32,000 nucleotides of DNA from Schaalia meyeri (lineage in GTDB: Bacteria > Actinomycetota > Actinomycetes > Actinomycetales > Actinomycetaceae): positions 270,001-302,000 of the forward strand of contig NZ_FNLK01000012.1 of assembly GCF_900105015.1 (NCBI RefSeq), read 5' to 3'. A program made the position numbers and the translations under genes. Below are positions 1 to 8,421 of this stretch, one piece after another. The notes under the pieces are model-generated. The model had not been told where the DNA came from. It was given only the letters and a program-made list of their open reading frames with translations, and searched no databases. Within the stretch, counting starts at the first letter, position 1, and each line of letters begins with the position of its first letter.

Positions 1-3000
1 TCGGCCTCCGGCTCAGCGTTCCGAGCCTGCGCGGCGCCCGCGAGATGTGCGGGATCGGGGACCTGCGCTGCGGCCTGTTCCGCCGTTTGGGCACCAGTTT
101 GAGGATGATCCTCACGTTCGCCGTGTCCGGCGACGGGGATTTGGCTGGTCGCGGCGCCAGTGTTATCGGACTCGGGACCTGCCGGGGACGTAGGGGTCGC
201 CGAGGGCGTGGGGGCTGCGGGGGGAGTCGAAACCGCCGAGGGCGTGGGCACCGCAGAGGGAGTCGGGACCGCAGAGGGAGTCGGGACCGCCGAGGGGAAG
301 AAGTCCATGATGGACACGCGCTGGGGCGTCACTTTCGGCGTGGGACGCGTTTTGGTGTCCAGGCGTGCCTCTTCGGCGACGGCGTACCAGCCGGGATGGA
401 TGGCTGCGTCGCCGGCGTCTACAGTGTCGCCGGTGTCCCTGACGTTGGTCCTCGACGCCGCCATCTCCGCTGGGGTGGGCGCGGGCGGTGGCACGAGTGC
501 GGGCGCCAGGGCCTGCACCGTGTCGGTCACGACAGGGCGCCCGGTGCGCTCGGGGGGCGGCACCTGGATGGGCTGCTTCGCGGAGGTTTTACGCGCAGGG
601 ATGGGAATGGTTTCCTGTTCGTCCTGCCTCGTCGTCTCCTGCAACCGGGCCGTGGCCGCCTTCTCATCTTCCTCACCCTCGGGAGCAACTGGATCGTGCT
701 TACTCTCACGCTGGGGTTCGTCGGACTGCGCGGCGGCGGGGGGCGCGGGGACCGCGTCTGCTACTTCCTGCGCATCGGCGCTGCCCGCTGTTTCATGAGT
801 TCCGGCGTCGCCCGCACCCACCTGGGTATCAGTATCACCCGCGCCCACAGGAACCGTCTCGGCGCCACCAGGGGCGGGAGTTTCCTCGTCCGCGGCATGA
901 ACTAAGGCGCCTTCGGTCACGGCTGACTCGTCGGTCGCGGGCTGGTCGCTTGCAGCCTGGTCGCTTGTAGCCTGATCGGTTGTGGACTGGTCCGTGAGGG
1001 ACTCGCGCGCGGCAGCACCTTCGTTCGCATGTTCCGCCGTTTCCGGCGCGGAATCGTCTGTTTCCCGCACGGGATCGACGTTTTCCTGCGCGGGGTCGTT
1101 GATGTTCTCGCTGTCGCGCGGCTCCTCGTCACGCTCGGGCGTGGCGGCGTGTTCATCCGCTGTGGCCTCGGCGGTGTTCTCCGCGGCGTCGGGGGACTCG
1201 CCGCCCGTGGCCTCGCGGTCGCATTCGACGGGTTCGACGCCGACGGCGGCCAGGGCCGTCGTTACCTCGGGGTCCAGGGCGGCGGCGTGGCCGCGACGGG
1301 CTTCGCGACGGTCGCGGGCGCGGCGGGCCTCGGCCTCACGTTCGGCGTAAGCTTCCTCGCCGGGTCCTTCGAGGGCGGCGGCGCGTTCGTCGGCCTCTGC
1401 GGAGCCGGAGAAGAAACGCTCACCCCGTCCGACGAACGCAGCCGGCAGGATCTGGGTGCTCTGTGGGATGGTCTTGCCTGCCGCTTCAATGATCTTGCGC
1501 AGGGCGGACTTGGAAATGACCTGCGTTTCGTCCTGGGATGATCCGCCTTCCGCCAGTTCGCGCTGGCGATCGGCCATGGCGCGCCGACGCGCCCGCTTGG
1601 CCTTGCGGCGGGCGGCAACCATGCGTGCGGCGTGGGCGGCGTCTTTGGGCTGGCCGCTCCGACCGTCTCGCTGCTCGGCCGCCGCCGGCGCTAAAGAGGC
1701 CGCGCCGCCCGTGGCGGAATCAATGGAACCGCGCGCGCTGCCCGCGTGAGTGGTGGGATCACTCATCGCGGCCACGGCCTCGTTGGTGCCGGAGATACCG
1801 GCCAGTTCGGAGGCCAGGCGTGCGATGTGTTCGCGGCTGGTGTCGTGTTCAACCGTGACCGTTTGACGCGGTTCGATACGCTGGGCGGGTCGCGCCCACG
1901 GCTCTTCGGCGACGATCCACGCGATCAGCTGTTCGCGCAGGTAGGCGCGCAGGTCGGATAGGGCGCCGGAGTGTTTGGCAGAGACCAGGACTCGGACGGT
2001 CACCGTGTACTCGTCAGAGTCGGTGATCTGCACGCCCCAGGTGCGTCCGTCCCATAGGTCGGTTGCCGCCAAGAGGCTCTCGACCTTGGCGCGGATGAGG
2101 GTCATGGGCGCGGACCAGTCGAGTTTGAGTTCGACGGTGCCCAGCTGGGCGGCGGCGCGGCGCGTCCAGTTCTCAAAGGGCGTGGTGGTGAAATAGCGGC
2201 AGGGGGTGATGAGGCGGCGTTCGTCCCAGATGCGCACAACCACGTAGGAAAGCGTGATTTCTTCGACGGCACCGGTTTCGTGCTTATCACCGGCGACGAC
2301 GACGTCACCCACGCGAATGGCGTCGGTGAACGCAAGCTGCAGGCCTGCGAACACGTTACCCAGAGTTTGCTGCGCGGCGAGGCCCGCGATGACGGAGAGC
2401 ACGCCGGCGGAGGCCAGGACCGTCGTCATAGCCTGGCGTGCGGCCTCGAAGGTGCCGATGATGACGACCGCTCCGACGACCACGATGATGCATTGGATGA
2501 AGCGGCGCAGAATCTGCGCTTGTGTTTCGAAGCGGCGCGAGCGGCCCTTGTCGGCGGCCTGGCGGGCTTTCGCAGCATCTTCGAAGACCCAGGCGGCCGC
2601 GTACGCCATCCAGGTGAGGAAGGCGAGGCCCAGGATAAGCAGCGCGTGCATGAGGAACGTCGTGACCGACGTGCCCTCCCAGTCGGACAGGCCGGGGTTC
2701 ACCAGCGCGAGCCCTTCTCCCACCCACGCGCCCCACGCGGCGAAAGTGAAGCGGGCGGGGTGGCGCACTCGTTTCAGGATTGACGAGGCCGCAGCGGACT
2801 TCGCGAGCGCCTTGCGTCCCAGGACGGAGAGGATAACAGAGGCGACGACGCCCAGGAAGGCGCCGACGATCGGGCCGAGGATCAGGAGGGTAACGTCTAT
2901 GGTGGTGGCGACGGCTGTCTCGGTTCCGGACTGGGGGGTGTCGACCGCCCGCGTAAGGACGTTGGAGGCTTCCGCGAGGGCACCGAATGCTGGTGGCATA

Positions 3001-3005
3001 GTCAT
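1..3005 (-). CDS. MscS-family mechanosensitive ion channel with a long low-complexity C-terminal extension. Partial: the stop codon lies left of the window.
   Basis: The minus-strand frame is open from the window edge up to an in-frame stop at 3087-3089. It is missing from the ORF track because its stop is outside the window. Hand translation from ATG 3005 gives MTMPPAFGALAEAS..., then hydrophobic helices and the MscS core ...VLSVIAGLAAQQTLGNVFAGLQLAFTDAIRVGDVVVAGDKHETGAVEEITLSYVVVRIWDERRLITP... No stop occurs in 1001 codons. Alternative starts are ATG 2999 (best spacing to GAAGG) and ATG 3065. Confidence 0.8.
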   Translation of the reverse strand, partial: MTMPPAFGALAEASNVLTRAVDTPQSGTETAVATTIDVTLLILGPIVGAFLGVVASVILSVLGRKALAKSAAASSILKRVRHPARFTFAAWGAWVGEGLALVNPGLSDWEGTSVTTFLMHALLILGLAFLTWMAYAAAWVFEDAAKARQAADKGRSRRFETQAQILRRFIQCIIVVVGAVVIIGTFEAARQAMTTVLASAGVLSVIAGLAAQQTLGNVFAGLQLAFTDAIRVGDVVVAGDKHETGAVEEITLSYVVVRIWDERRLITPCRYFTTTPFENWTRRAAAQLGTVELKLDWSAPMTLIRAKVESLLAATDLWDGRTWGVQITDSDEYTVTVRVLVSAKHSGALSDLRAYLREQLIAWIVAEEPWARPAQRIEPRQTVTVEHDTSREHIARLASELAGISGTNEAVAAMSDPTTHAGSARGSIDSATGGAASLAPAAAEQRDGRSGQPKDAAHAARMVAARRKAKRARRRAMADRQRELAEGGSSQDETQVISKSALRKIIEAAGKTIPQSTQILPAAFVGRGERFFSGSAEADERAAALEGPGEEAYAEREAEARRARDRREARRGHAAALDPEVTTALAAVGVEPVECDREATGGESPDAAENTAEATADEHAATPERDEEPRDSENINDPAQENVDPVRETDDSAPETAEHANEGAAARESLTDQSTTDQATSDQAASDQPATDESAVTEGALVHAADEETPAPGGAETVPVGAGDTDTQVGAGDAGTHETAGSADAQEVADAVPAPPAAAQSDEPQRESKHDPVAPEGEEDEKAATARLQETTRQDEQETIPIPARKTSAKQPIQVPPPERTGRPVVTDTVQALAPALVPPPAPTPAEMAASRTNVRDTGDTVDAGDAAIHPGWYAVAEEARLDTKTRPTPKVTPQRVSIMDFFPSAVPTPSAVPTPSAVPTPSAVSTPPAAPTPSATPTSPAGPESDNTGAATSQIPVAGHGEREDHPQTGAQTAEQAAAQVPDPAHLAGAAQARNAEPEA

Positions 3006-3169
3006 GCCTTCAAGGGTAGGTCTGCAACCTGGTGAATTCCTGGTAATACCGGGCAATTTCGACATCCACCACCAATGTGTTAGGGGTCACGTCGTCCCGT
3101 TTTGACGCGGGGGGCTCATTCTGCCTAAGCTGTCTCCCGTCTTCGGACGCCAGTTCGACGGCCAGACAG

Positions 3170-3245
<76 letters not shown>

Positions 3246-3294
3246 ACCGGTCGCGGACGTGAATGAATAATTCAATAGGTCTTACCTGTTGTAA

Positions 3295-3368
3295 GGCCCC
3301 GTAGCGCAGTTGGTTAGCGCGCCGCCCTGTCACGGCGGAGGTCGCGGGTTCAAGTCCCGTCGGGGTCG
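3295..3368 (+). tRNA. tRNA-Asp (anticodon GTC)
   Basis: GGCCCCGTAGCGCAGTTGGTTAGCGCGCCGCCCTGTCACGGCGGAGGTCGCGGGTTCAAGTCCCGTCGGGGTCG. The anticodon loop is CTGTCAC and the acceptor stem is GGCCCCG/CGGGGTC. CCA is not encoded. Confidence 0.9.
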
Positions 3369-3396
3369 CCGACCAGACCATTTCGGTTCGGGTCTT

Positions 3397-3472
3397 GGCT
3401 CTGTAGCTCAGTTGGTAGAGCGTTCGACTGAAAATCGAAAGGTCACCGGATCGACGCCGGTCGGAGCCACCA
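3397..3472 (+). tRNA. tRNA-Phe (anticodon GAA), CCA encoded
   Basis: GGCTCTGTAGCTCAGTTGGTAGAGCGTTCGACTGAAAATCGAAAGGTCACCGGATCGACGCCGGTCGGAGCCACCA. The anticodon stem-loop is TTCGA-CTGAAAA-TCGAA. Confidence 0.9.
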
Positions 3473-3477
3473 GTTAG

Positions 3478-3507
3478 CCCCGAAGCTCACGCTTCGGGGT
3501 TTTTATT
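3478..3507 (+). terminator. Rho-independent terminator of the tRNA cluster
   Basis: A 9-bp GC-rich stem, CCCCGAAGC-TCAC-GCTTCGGGG, is followed directly by TTTTTATT. Confidence 0.75.
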
Positions 3508-3853
3508 GTGCCGAGAGCCCTTGTCTTGCCACGGGCTCCTTGTTTTGTTGAGGTCTTCTGTCACGCTCAGGGCGGGCCAGCCGCCGTCGCACGGGTGGGT
3601 CACAGTATGGGCGGGTATGACCTTTGATGCAGCGCCCCCGCGCCGCCCGCCAAGCCACCGGGCCACCGGGCCACCGGGCCACCGACACCGTCCTCGGATG
3701 GGGAGATCCAATTTACTGGAACGAACTCCACCACACCACTCCCCACCCCAACACCCGGGGCTAATCCCCGACCAACACGTTTTGTCCTACAACCCCGTTT
3801 ATGTCCCATAACCTAAAAATCTGCAGGTTCAAGAATTTGCGCCGGCGACACAC

Positions 3854-3887
3854 GGACGTTTTCCCCGCTCACGCGGGGAAAACGTCC
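3854..3887. other. Perfect 15-bp-stem hairpin resembling a solitary type I-E CRISPR repeat; possible terminator of the orphan ORF
   Basis: GGACGTTTTCCCCGC-TCAC-GCGGGGAAAACGTCC. It lies 33 nt downstream of the stop of ORF 3920-4387 (minus strand). No U-tract follows the stem on either strand. Confidence 0.5.
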
Positions 3888-3919
3888 TTCTTGTCGGTGA
3901 TCCCTAGGCCGAGGCCGGC

Positions 3920-4387
3920 TCATCCCCGCCCCTCCTCGTACTCGTCTTGCTCGCCGTCGCCACGCGCGGAGTCCTTGTCGGTGTTGTAAATGTAGGCCCC
4001 GTCAAGACGCTCGATTATGTCGGCGACGCGGTCTAGGTGGGCGGCAAGCTCGTTGATCTCATGGGCGATGAAGCCAAAGCCGTCGCAGTCACCGAGGAGC
4101 TTCTGGTCGACGGTAACGATGACGTGCCGGAGGGCCTTGGAAAGCGGGAAGAGGTTAACGCAAACCTCCCAGATGTCGTTCCATTCGCCCTCACGGATCG
4201 TCAAGATGGTGACGTCCCACAGCTGATCGTCGTCGACATCCGTAAAACGGAAGCCAATGTCACGAACCTTCCTGGTCCATTCGCAGATACAGAGATAACA
4301 CATCCCAGAGATCACCTCTTTGCGATACTCGCTTCCGACGCTGGTGATGTGCGCGCGGATCGTCACCCTAGCCCCATCTACTATCAT
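3920..4387 (-). CDS. Hypothetical acidic protein (155 aa), orphan, no recognised domain
   Basis: The ORF has strong G/C preference at third codon positions and balanced composition, with W/C/Y/I well represented. AGGAG lies just upstream of the ATG. The overlapping plus-strand ORF 4037-4465 looks like its antisense shadow. I recognise no family. Confidence 0.6.
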   Translation of the reverse strand: MIVDGARVTIRAHITSVGSEYRKEVISGMCYLCICEWTRKVRDIGFRFTDVDDDQLWDVTILTIREGEWNDIWEVCVNLFPLSKALRHVIVTVDQKLLGDCDGFGFIAHEINELAAHLDRVADIIERLDGAYIYNTDKDSARGDGEQDEYEEGRG

Positions 4388-4851
4388 TTCTCCTATCGTT
4401 TCCTTGCCGCGAGCGAACCAAGTGGCTTAGCCACACAGGAACACGCATTGCAGCCTCGAAACTGACACCGCGAACACATATTCTCCCGGACGACCACGAT
4501 CAGAGAAGCCAAACTACGTCAATTCCTCACGGAAGCCCCTCTTGCGAGCACGTTTGACGATAAGAGGCCTTGACAACTATCTCTTCGGGTTTGGACCAAT
4601 GATTCGCCAATCGCTGCCTGTCAGCACATCTAAGCTCAAATGTTTGGAATAACCCCAGCCCATTGACATACTGTGCCTGATCGCCCCATTGTCGGAGCTA
4701 AACGAGAGTTCAATCACCAATCCCCTTTGATATACTGAAAATGATTTGGCGGGCATGTGGGCATGGCTGGGAATCAATCACCAATCCCCTTTGATATACT
4801 GGGTTATACGCGATAAGCGATGCGACGGTGCTGGGAATCAATCACCAATCC

Positions 4852-6287
4852 GGCTCTTCATAATTGAGGGTGTGGGGGTGGTATGCGGGGTTCGGTGTGT
4901 CGTGGCCGGGTAGGGGTCGAGGTCTTCCGATGATGGGGGTTCCTACACCGTCCATCCGAAAGACCTCGACATGTCCAATGCTACCTTTGGTCGCCCTGAC
5001 CTGAGCGCCTTCACGGGCCTGGATGACCTAGGACTGGAAGTGATGGGTCAGCGTGTAGGAGGCGATCGGACCGTCTTGGCCTGCAAGGTAGTGGGTGAGG
5101 ATCGGTGGTGCCGACAGTGTGGGGGCGAGGGCGTCGTACGCGACACGGTGATCAGGCGCTTGGCTCACGTACCCTACGGGTGGCACCCCACCATGTTGCA
5201 CGTGAGCGTGCGCCGCTACCGCTGCCAGACGTGTGCTCACGTGTGGCGTCAAAACATGAGTGCAGCAGCCGATCCGCGCGCGAAGCTCTCGCGCGCAGCG
5301 GTGCGCTGGGCGCTGGTGGGCCTGGTGGTCCACCATCTGACGGTGGCGCGCATCGCCGACGTATTGGCCGTGTCATGGAACACTGCCAATACCGCGATCT
5401 TAGGTGAAGGCCAGCGCATACTCATCGATGATCCTGATCGTTTCGAGGGAGTGTGCGTCATCGGTGTTGATGAGCACGTGTGGCGCCACACCCCTTACGG
5501 CGACAAATACGTCACCGTCATCTTGGACTTGACTCCTATACGAGACCGTCGTGGTCCCTCCCGGCTCCTGGATATGGTCCCAGGCCGCTCCAAGCAGGTC
5601 TTCAAAACCTGGCTCTCTTCCCAGCCCGACACGTGGCGCGAGAACATCGAGGTCGTAGCGATGGATGGATTCACCGGGTTCAAAAGCGCAGCCGCTGAAG
5701 AACTCTCAGACGCAACCGCGGTCATGGACCCCTTCCACGTCGTACACCTTGCCGGTGATGCTCTCGATGAGTGTCGCAGGCGCATCCAGCAAGAACTCCA
5801 CCACCGGCGTGGGCGTGCCACCGATCCCCTGTACAAGGCCCGCAGAATGTTACACACCAGATCCTGCCTGCTCACCCCGCGCCAACAACACCGGATCCTC
5901 GACCTGTTCGCCAGCGATTGCCACGTCGCCCTCGAAGTCACCTGGAGCGTCTACCAGAGTATTATCGACGCCTACCGCGATCCCAATAAAATCCGCGGTA
6001 AGGCCCTGATGCAAGCCGAAATAGACCGTCTCAGCAACGCGGGTGTCCCTCGCTCCCTCACGGAGATCATCACACTGGGAAGAACGCTCAAACGCCGATC
6101 CCGGGACATCCTGGCTTACTTCGATCATCCACACACCAGCAACGGTCCTACCGAAGCGATCAACGGACGTCTCGAACACCTACGCGGATCCGCACTCGGG
6201 TTCCGAAACCTCACCAACTACATCACCCGCTGCCTCCTCGAAACAGGAGGATTCAGACCCCAACTACACCCTCAATTATGAAGAGCC
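4852..6287 (+). mobile_element. ISL3-family insertion sequence (1436 bp) inserted inside a CRISPR repeat
   Basis: Perfect 22-bp terminal inverted repeats: GGCTCTTCATAATTGAGGGTGT at 4852-4873 and its reverse complement at 6266-6287. The 8-bp direct target duplication ACCAATCC is at 4844-4851 and 6288-6295. Removing the IS and one duplicate restores an exact 36-nt repeat. A single transposase ORF lies inside. Confidence 0.93.
4971..6281 (+). CDS. ISL3-family transposase (436 aa)
   Basis: The N-terminal zinc-finger pattern is CRQCGGEG...CQTCAHVW. DDE-type ISL3 blocks include VIGVDEHVWRH, VAMDGFTGFKSA, VMDPFHVVHLAGDALDECRRR and TSNGPTEAINGRLEHLRGSALGFRNLTNY. The stop codon lies inside the right inverted repeat. 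Confidence 0.95.
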   Translation: MSNATFGRPDLSAFTGLDDLGLEVMGQRVGGDRTVLACKVVGEDRWCRQCGGEGVVRDTVIRRLAHVPYGWHPTMLHVSVRRYRCQTCAHVWRQNMSAAADPRAKLSRAAVRWALVGLVVHHLTVARIADVLAVSWNTANTAILGEGQRILIDDPDRFEGVCVIGVDEHVWRHTPYGDKYVTVILDLTPIRDRRGPSRLLDMVPGRSKQVFKTWLSSQPDTWRENIEVVAMDGFTGFKSAAAEELSDATAVMDPFHVVHLAGDALDECRRRIQQELHHRRGRATDPLYKARRMLHTRSCLLTPRQQHRILDLFASDCHVALEVTWSVYQSIIDAYRDPNKIRGKALMQAEIDRLSNAGVPRSLTEIITLGRTLKRRSRDILAYFDHPHTSNGPTEAINGRLEHLRGSALGFRNLTNYITRCLLETGGFRPQLHPQL

Positions 6288-8412
6288 ACCAATCCCCTTT
6301 GATATACTGGCGGGCAGGAATGGGCGCGGGAAACACGGCTGGGAATCAATCACCAATCCCCTTTGATATACTGGATGCCCGCATCGATCGCGGTCTTGTG
6401 GGCTGGGAATCAATCACCAATCCCCTTTGATATACTGCCGCGCCGCACTGGGTGCACGAGCCGACGCTGGGAATCAATCACCAATCCCCTTTGATATACT
6501 GTCGGCGTGGCAATGGATGTGAACTCGATGCTGGGAATCAATCACCAATCCCCTTTGATATACTGTCAAAGGAACCATCCGCGCGGCCGGCACGCTGGGA
6601 ATCAATCACCAATCCCCTTTGATATACTGGTCCTGGCCGCGCACGGCGACCTCGCTCAGCTGGGAATCAATCACCAATCCCCTTTGATATACTGCGTCAT
6701 GACTGACTTGCACTGGATTCCTGCTGGGAATCAATCACCAATCCCCTTTGATATACTGGGGGGCCGCCCATGAGTGACATCCTCCGGCTGGGAATCAATC
6801 ACCAATCCCCTTTGATATACTGCCATCCGCTTCTACCTTGCCGCAACCATGCTGGGAATCAATCACCAATCCCCTTTGATATACTGGGTTGCCGGTGTAC
6901 TCGACGCCGGCGAGGCTGGGAATCAATCACCAATCCCCTTTGATATACTGCCTACATGGTCACGATGGACGAGATTTGGCTGGGAATCAATCACCAATCC
7001 CCTTTGATATACTGATACCTGAGATTGATTCATGCCAAGCGCGCTGGGAATCAATCACCAATCCCCTTTGATATACTGGAAGAACATGTACACGGCGCAG
7101 ACCGGAGCTGGGAATCAATCACCAATCCCCTTTGATATACTGGCGGTGCGGACGCTGGTACCAAGACAAGGCTGGGAATCAATCACCAATCCCCTTTGAT
7201 ATACTGAGGCGTCTTCGACGGCGCTGGCCTGGTCGCTGGGAATCAATCACCAATCCCCTTTGATATACTGTAATCGAATGTATCGACAAAAAAGAGGGGC
7301 TGGGAATCAATCACCAATCCCCTTTGATATACTGCTGACCCTCAACGACCGCGAATTCACGAGCTGGGAATCAATCACCAATCCCCTTTGATATACTGGC
7401 TGCGAGTCCACGACGGTGGCGAACGTGCTGGGAATCAATCACCAATCCCCTTTGATATACTGTGAGCCAGCTTCAGGTTACTCATGGTCGGCTGGGAATC
7501 AATCACCAATCCCCTTTGATATACTGCCTTCGGAGCTATGGTGAGCGCCGCAACGCTGGGAATCAATCACCAATCCCCTTTGATATACTGCGCCTACTAC
7601 GATGGACACCGCGTCTTCGCTGGGAATCAATCACCAATCCCCTTTGATATACTGCCGAAGCGCTGCGTGAGCGCGGCGTCCCGCTGGGAATCAATCACCA
7701 ATCCCCTTTGATATACTGCTTCGACAGCCCACGATTCGCACCACGAGCTGGGAATCAATCACCAATCCCCTTTGATATACTGCACCGCGCCGAAGATCGC
7801 CGCCGGGTCCGCTGGGAATCAATCACCAATCCCCTTTGATATACTGCACGATGTGGGGACAACGAAGACCGGCCGCTGGGAATCAATCACCAATCCCCTT
7901 TGATATACTGCGCCCTCGATCGCCCACAGCACGCCGATGCTGGGAATCAATCACCAATCCCCTTTGATATACTGTAGGCTGATCGTGCCCGCGAGCGCGA
8001 TCGCTGGGAATCAATCACCAATCCCCTTTGATATACTGAGCACTCAGTGCGAGGGCCACTAGCCCGGCTGGGAATCAATCACCAATCCCCTTTGATATAC
8101 TGCGGCTCAGGCAGCATGCCCTTGAGCAGGGCTGGGAATCAATCACCAATCCCCTTTGATATACTGCGTGGAAGAGCATGGGCCGCGACTTGCCGCTGGG
8201 AATCAATCACCAATCCCCTTTGATATACTGCAGACCCCGAACACTCGCTCGCCCGGTCGCTGGGAATCAATCACCAATCCCCTTTGATATACTGTTCCAT
8301 GCATGATGGGTCCTATCAAGGCGCTGGGAATCAATCACCAATCCCCTTTGATATACTGATCCGCGATCACCCGATCGGGCGTCGTCGCTGGGAATCAATC
8401 ACCAATCCCCTT

Positions 8413-8421
8413 TGATATACT
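8413..8421 (+). promoter_or_regulatory. Extended -10-like motif TGATATACT embedded in the 3' end of each CRISPR repeat (representative copy)
   Basis: Repeat nt 27-35 read TG-A-TATACT, matching the extended -10 consensus TGnTAnnnT. The motif is present in every intact repeat, in the IS-split right half and in the 4702 copy, and as TGACATACT in the 4638 copy. The prediction comes from sequence only. Confidence 0.45.

Noticed and set aside
45-3105. Many plus- and minus-strand track ORFs (for example 45-905, 160-798, 1029-1541, 2254-3105), rich in Arg, Gly, Pro and Ala
   Set aside because: All overlap the single long minus-strand MscS frame, which has recognisable channel motifs. Their composition is typical of off-frame translation of high-GC DNA.
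3654-3685. 8-bp microsatellite (GCCACCGG) x3 plus a partial copy
   Set aside because: It is short, intergenic and has no associated feature. It is probably slippage noise and of no evident function.
4037-4465. 142-aa plus-strand ORF overlapping the orphan gene
   Set aside because: It is antisense to ORF 3920-4387, which has the better third-position GC bias and a Shine-Dalgarno sequence. This is the typical shadow ORF.
4570-4603. TTGACA hexamer upstream of the array, considered as the -35 of a conventional leader promoter
   Set aside because: No acceptable -10 (TAnnnT) lies at 16-19 bp spacing, so a leader promoter cannot be supported from sequence.
4577-4777. 66-aa minus-strand ORF over the decayed end of the array
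   Set aside because: It has a TTG start, spans degenerate repeats and spacers, and shows no coding-like composition. It is an artefact of array sequence.
6043-7647. Track ORFs inside the CRISPR array (6043-6366, 6507-6773, 6889-7071, 7462-7647), with recurring peptides such as LGINHQSPLIYC and AGNQSPIPFDIL
   Set aside because: The recurring peptides are simply the 36-nt repeat translated in different frames. The ORFs exist only because the repeat lacks stop codons in those frames.
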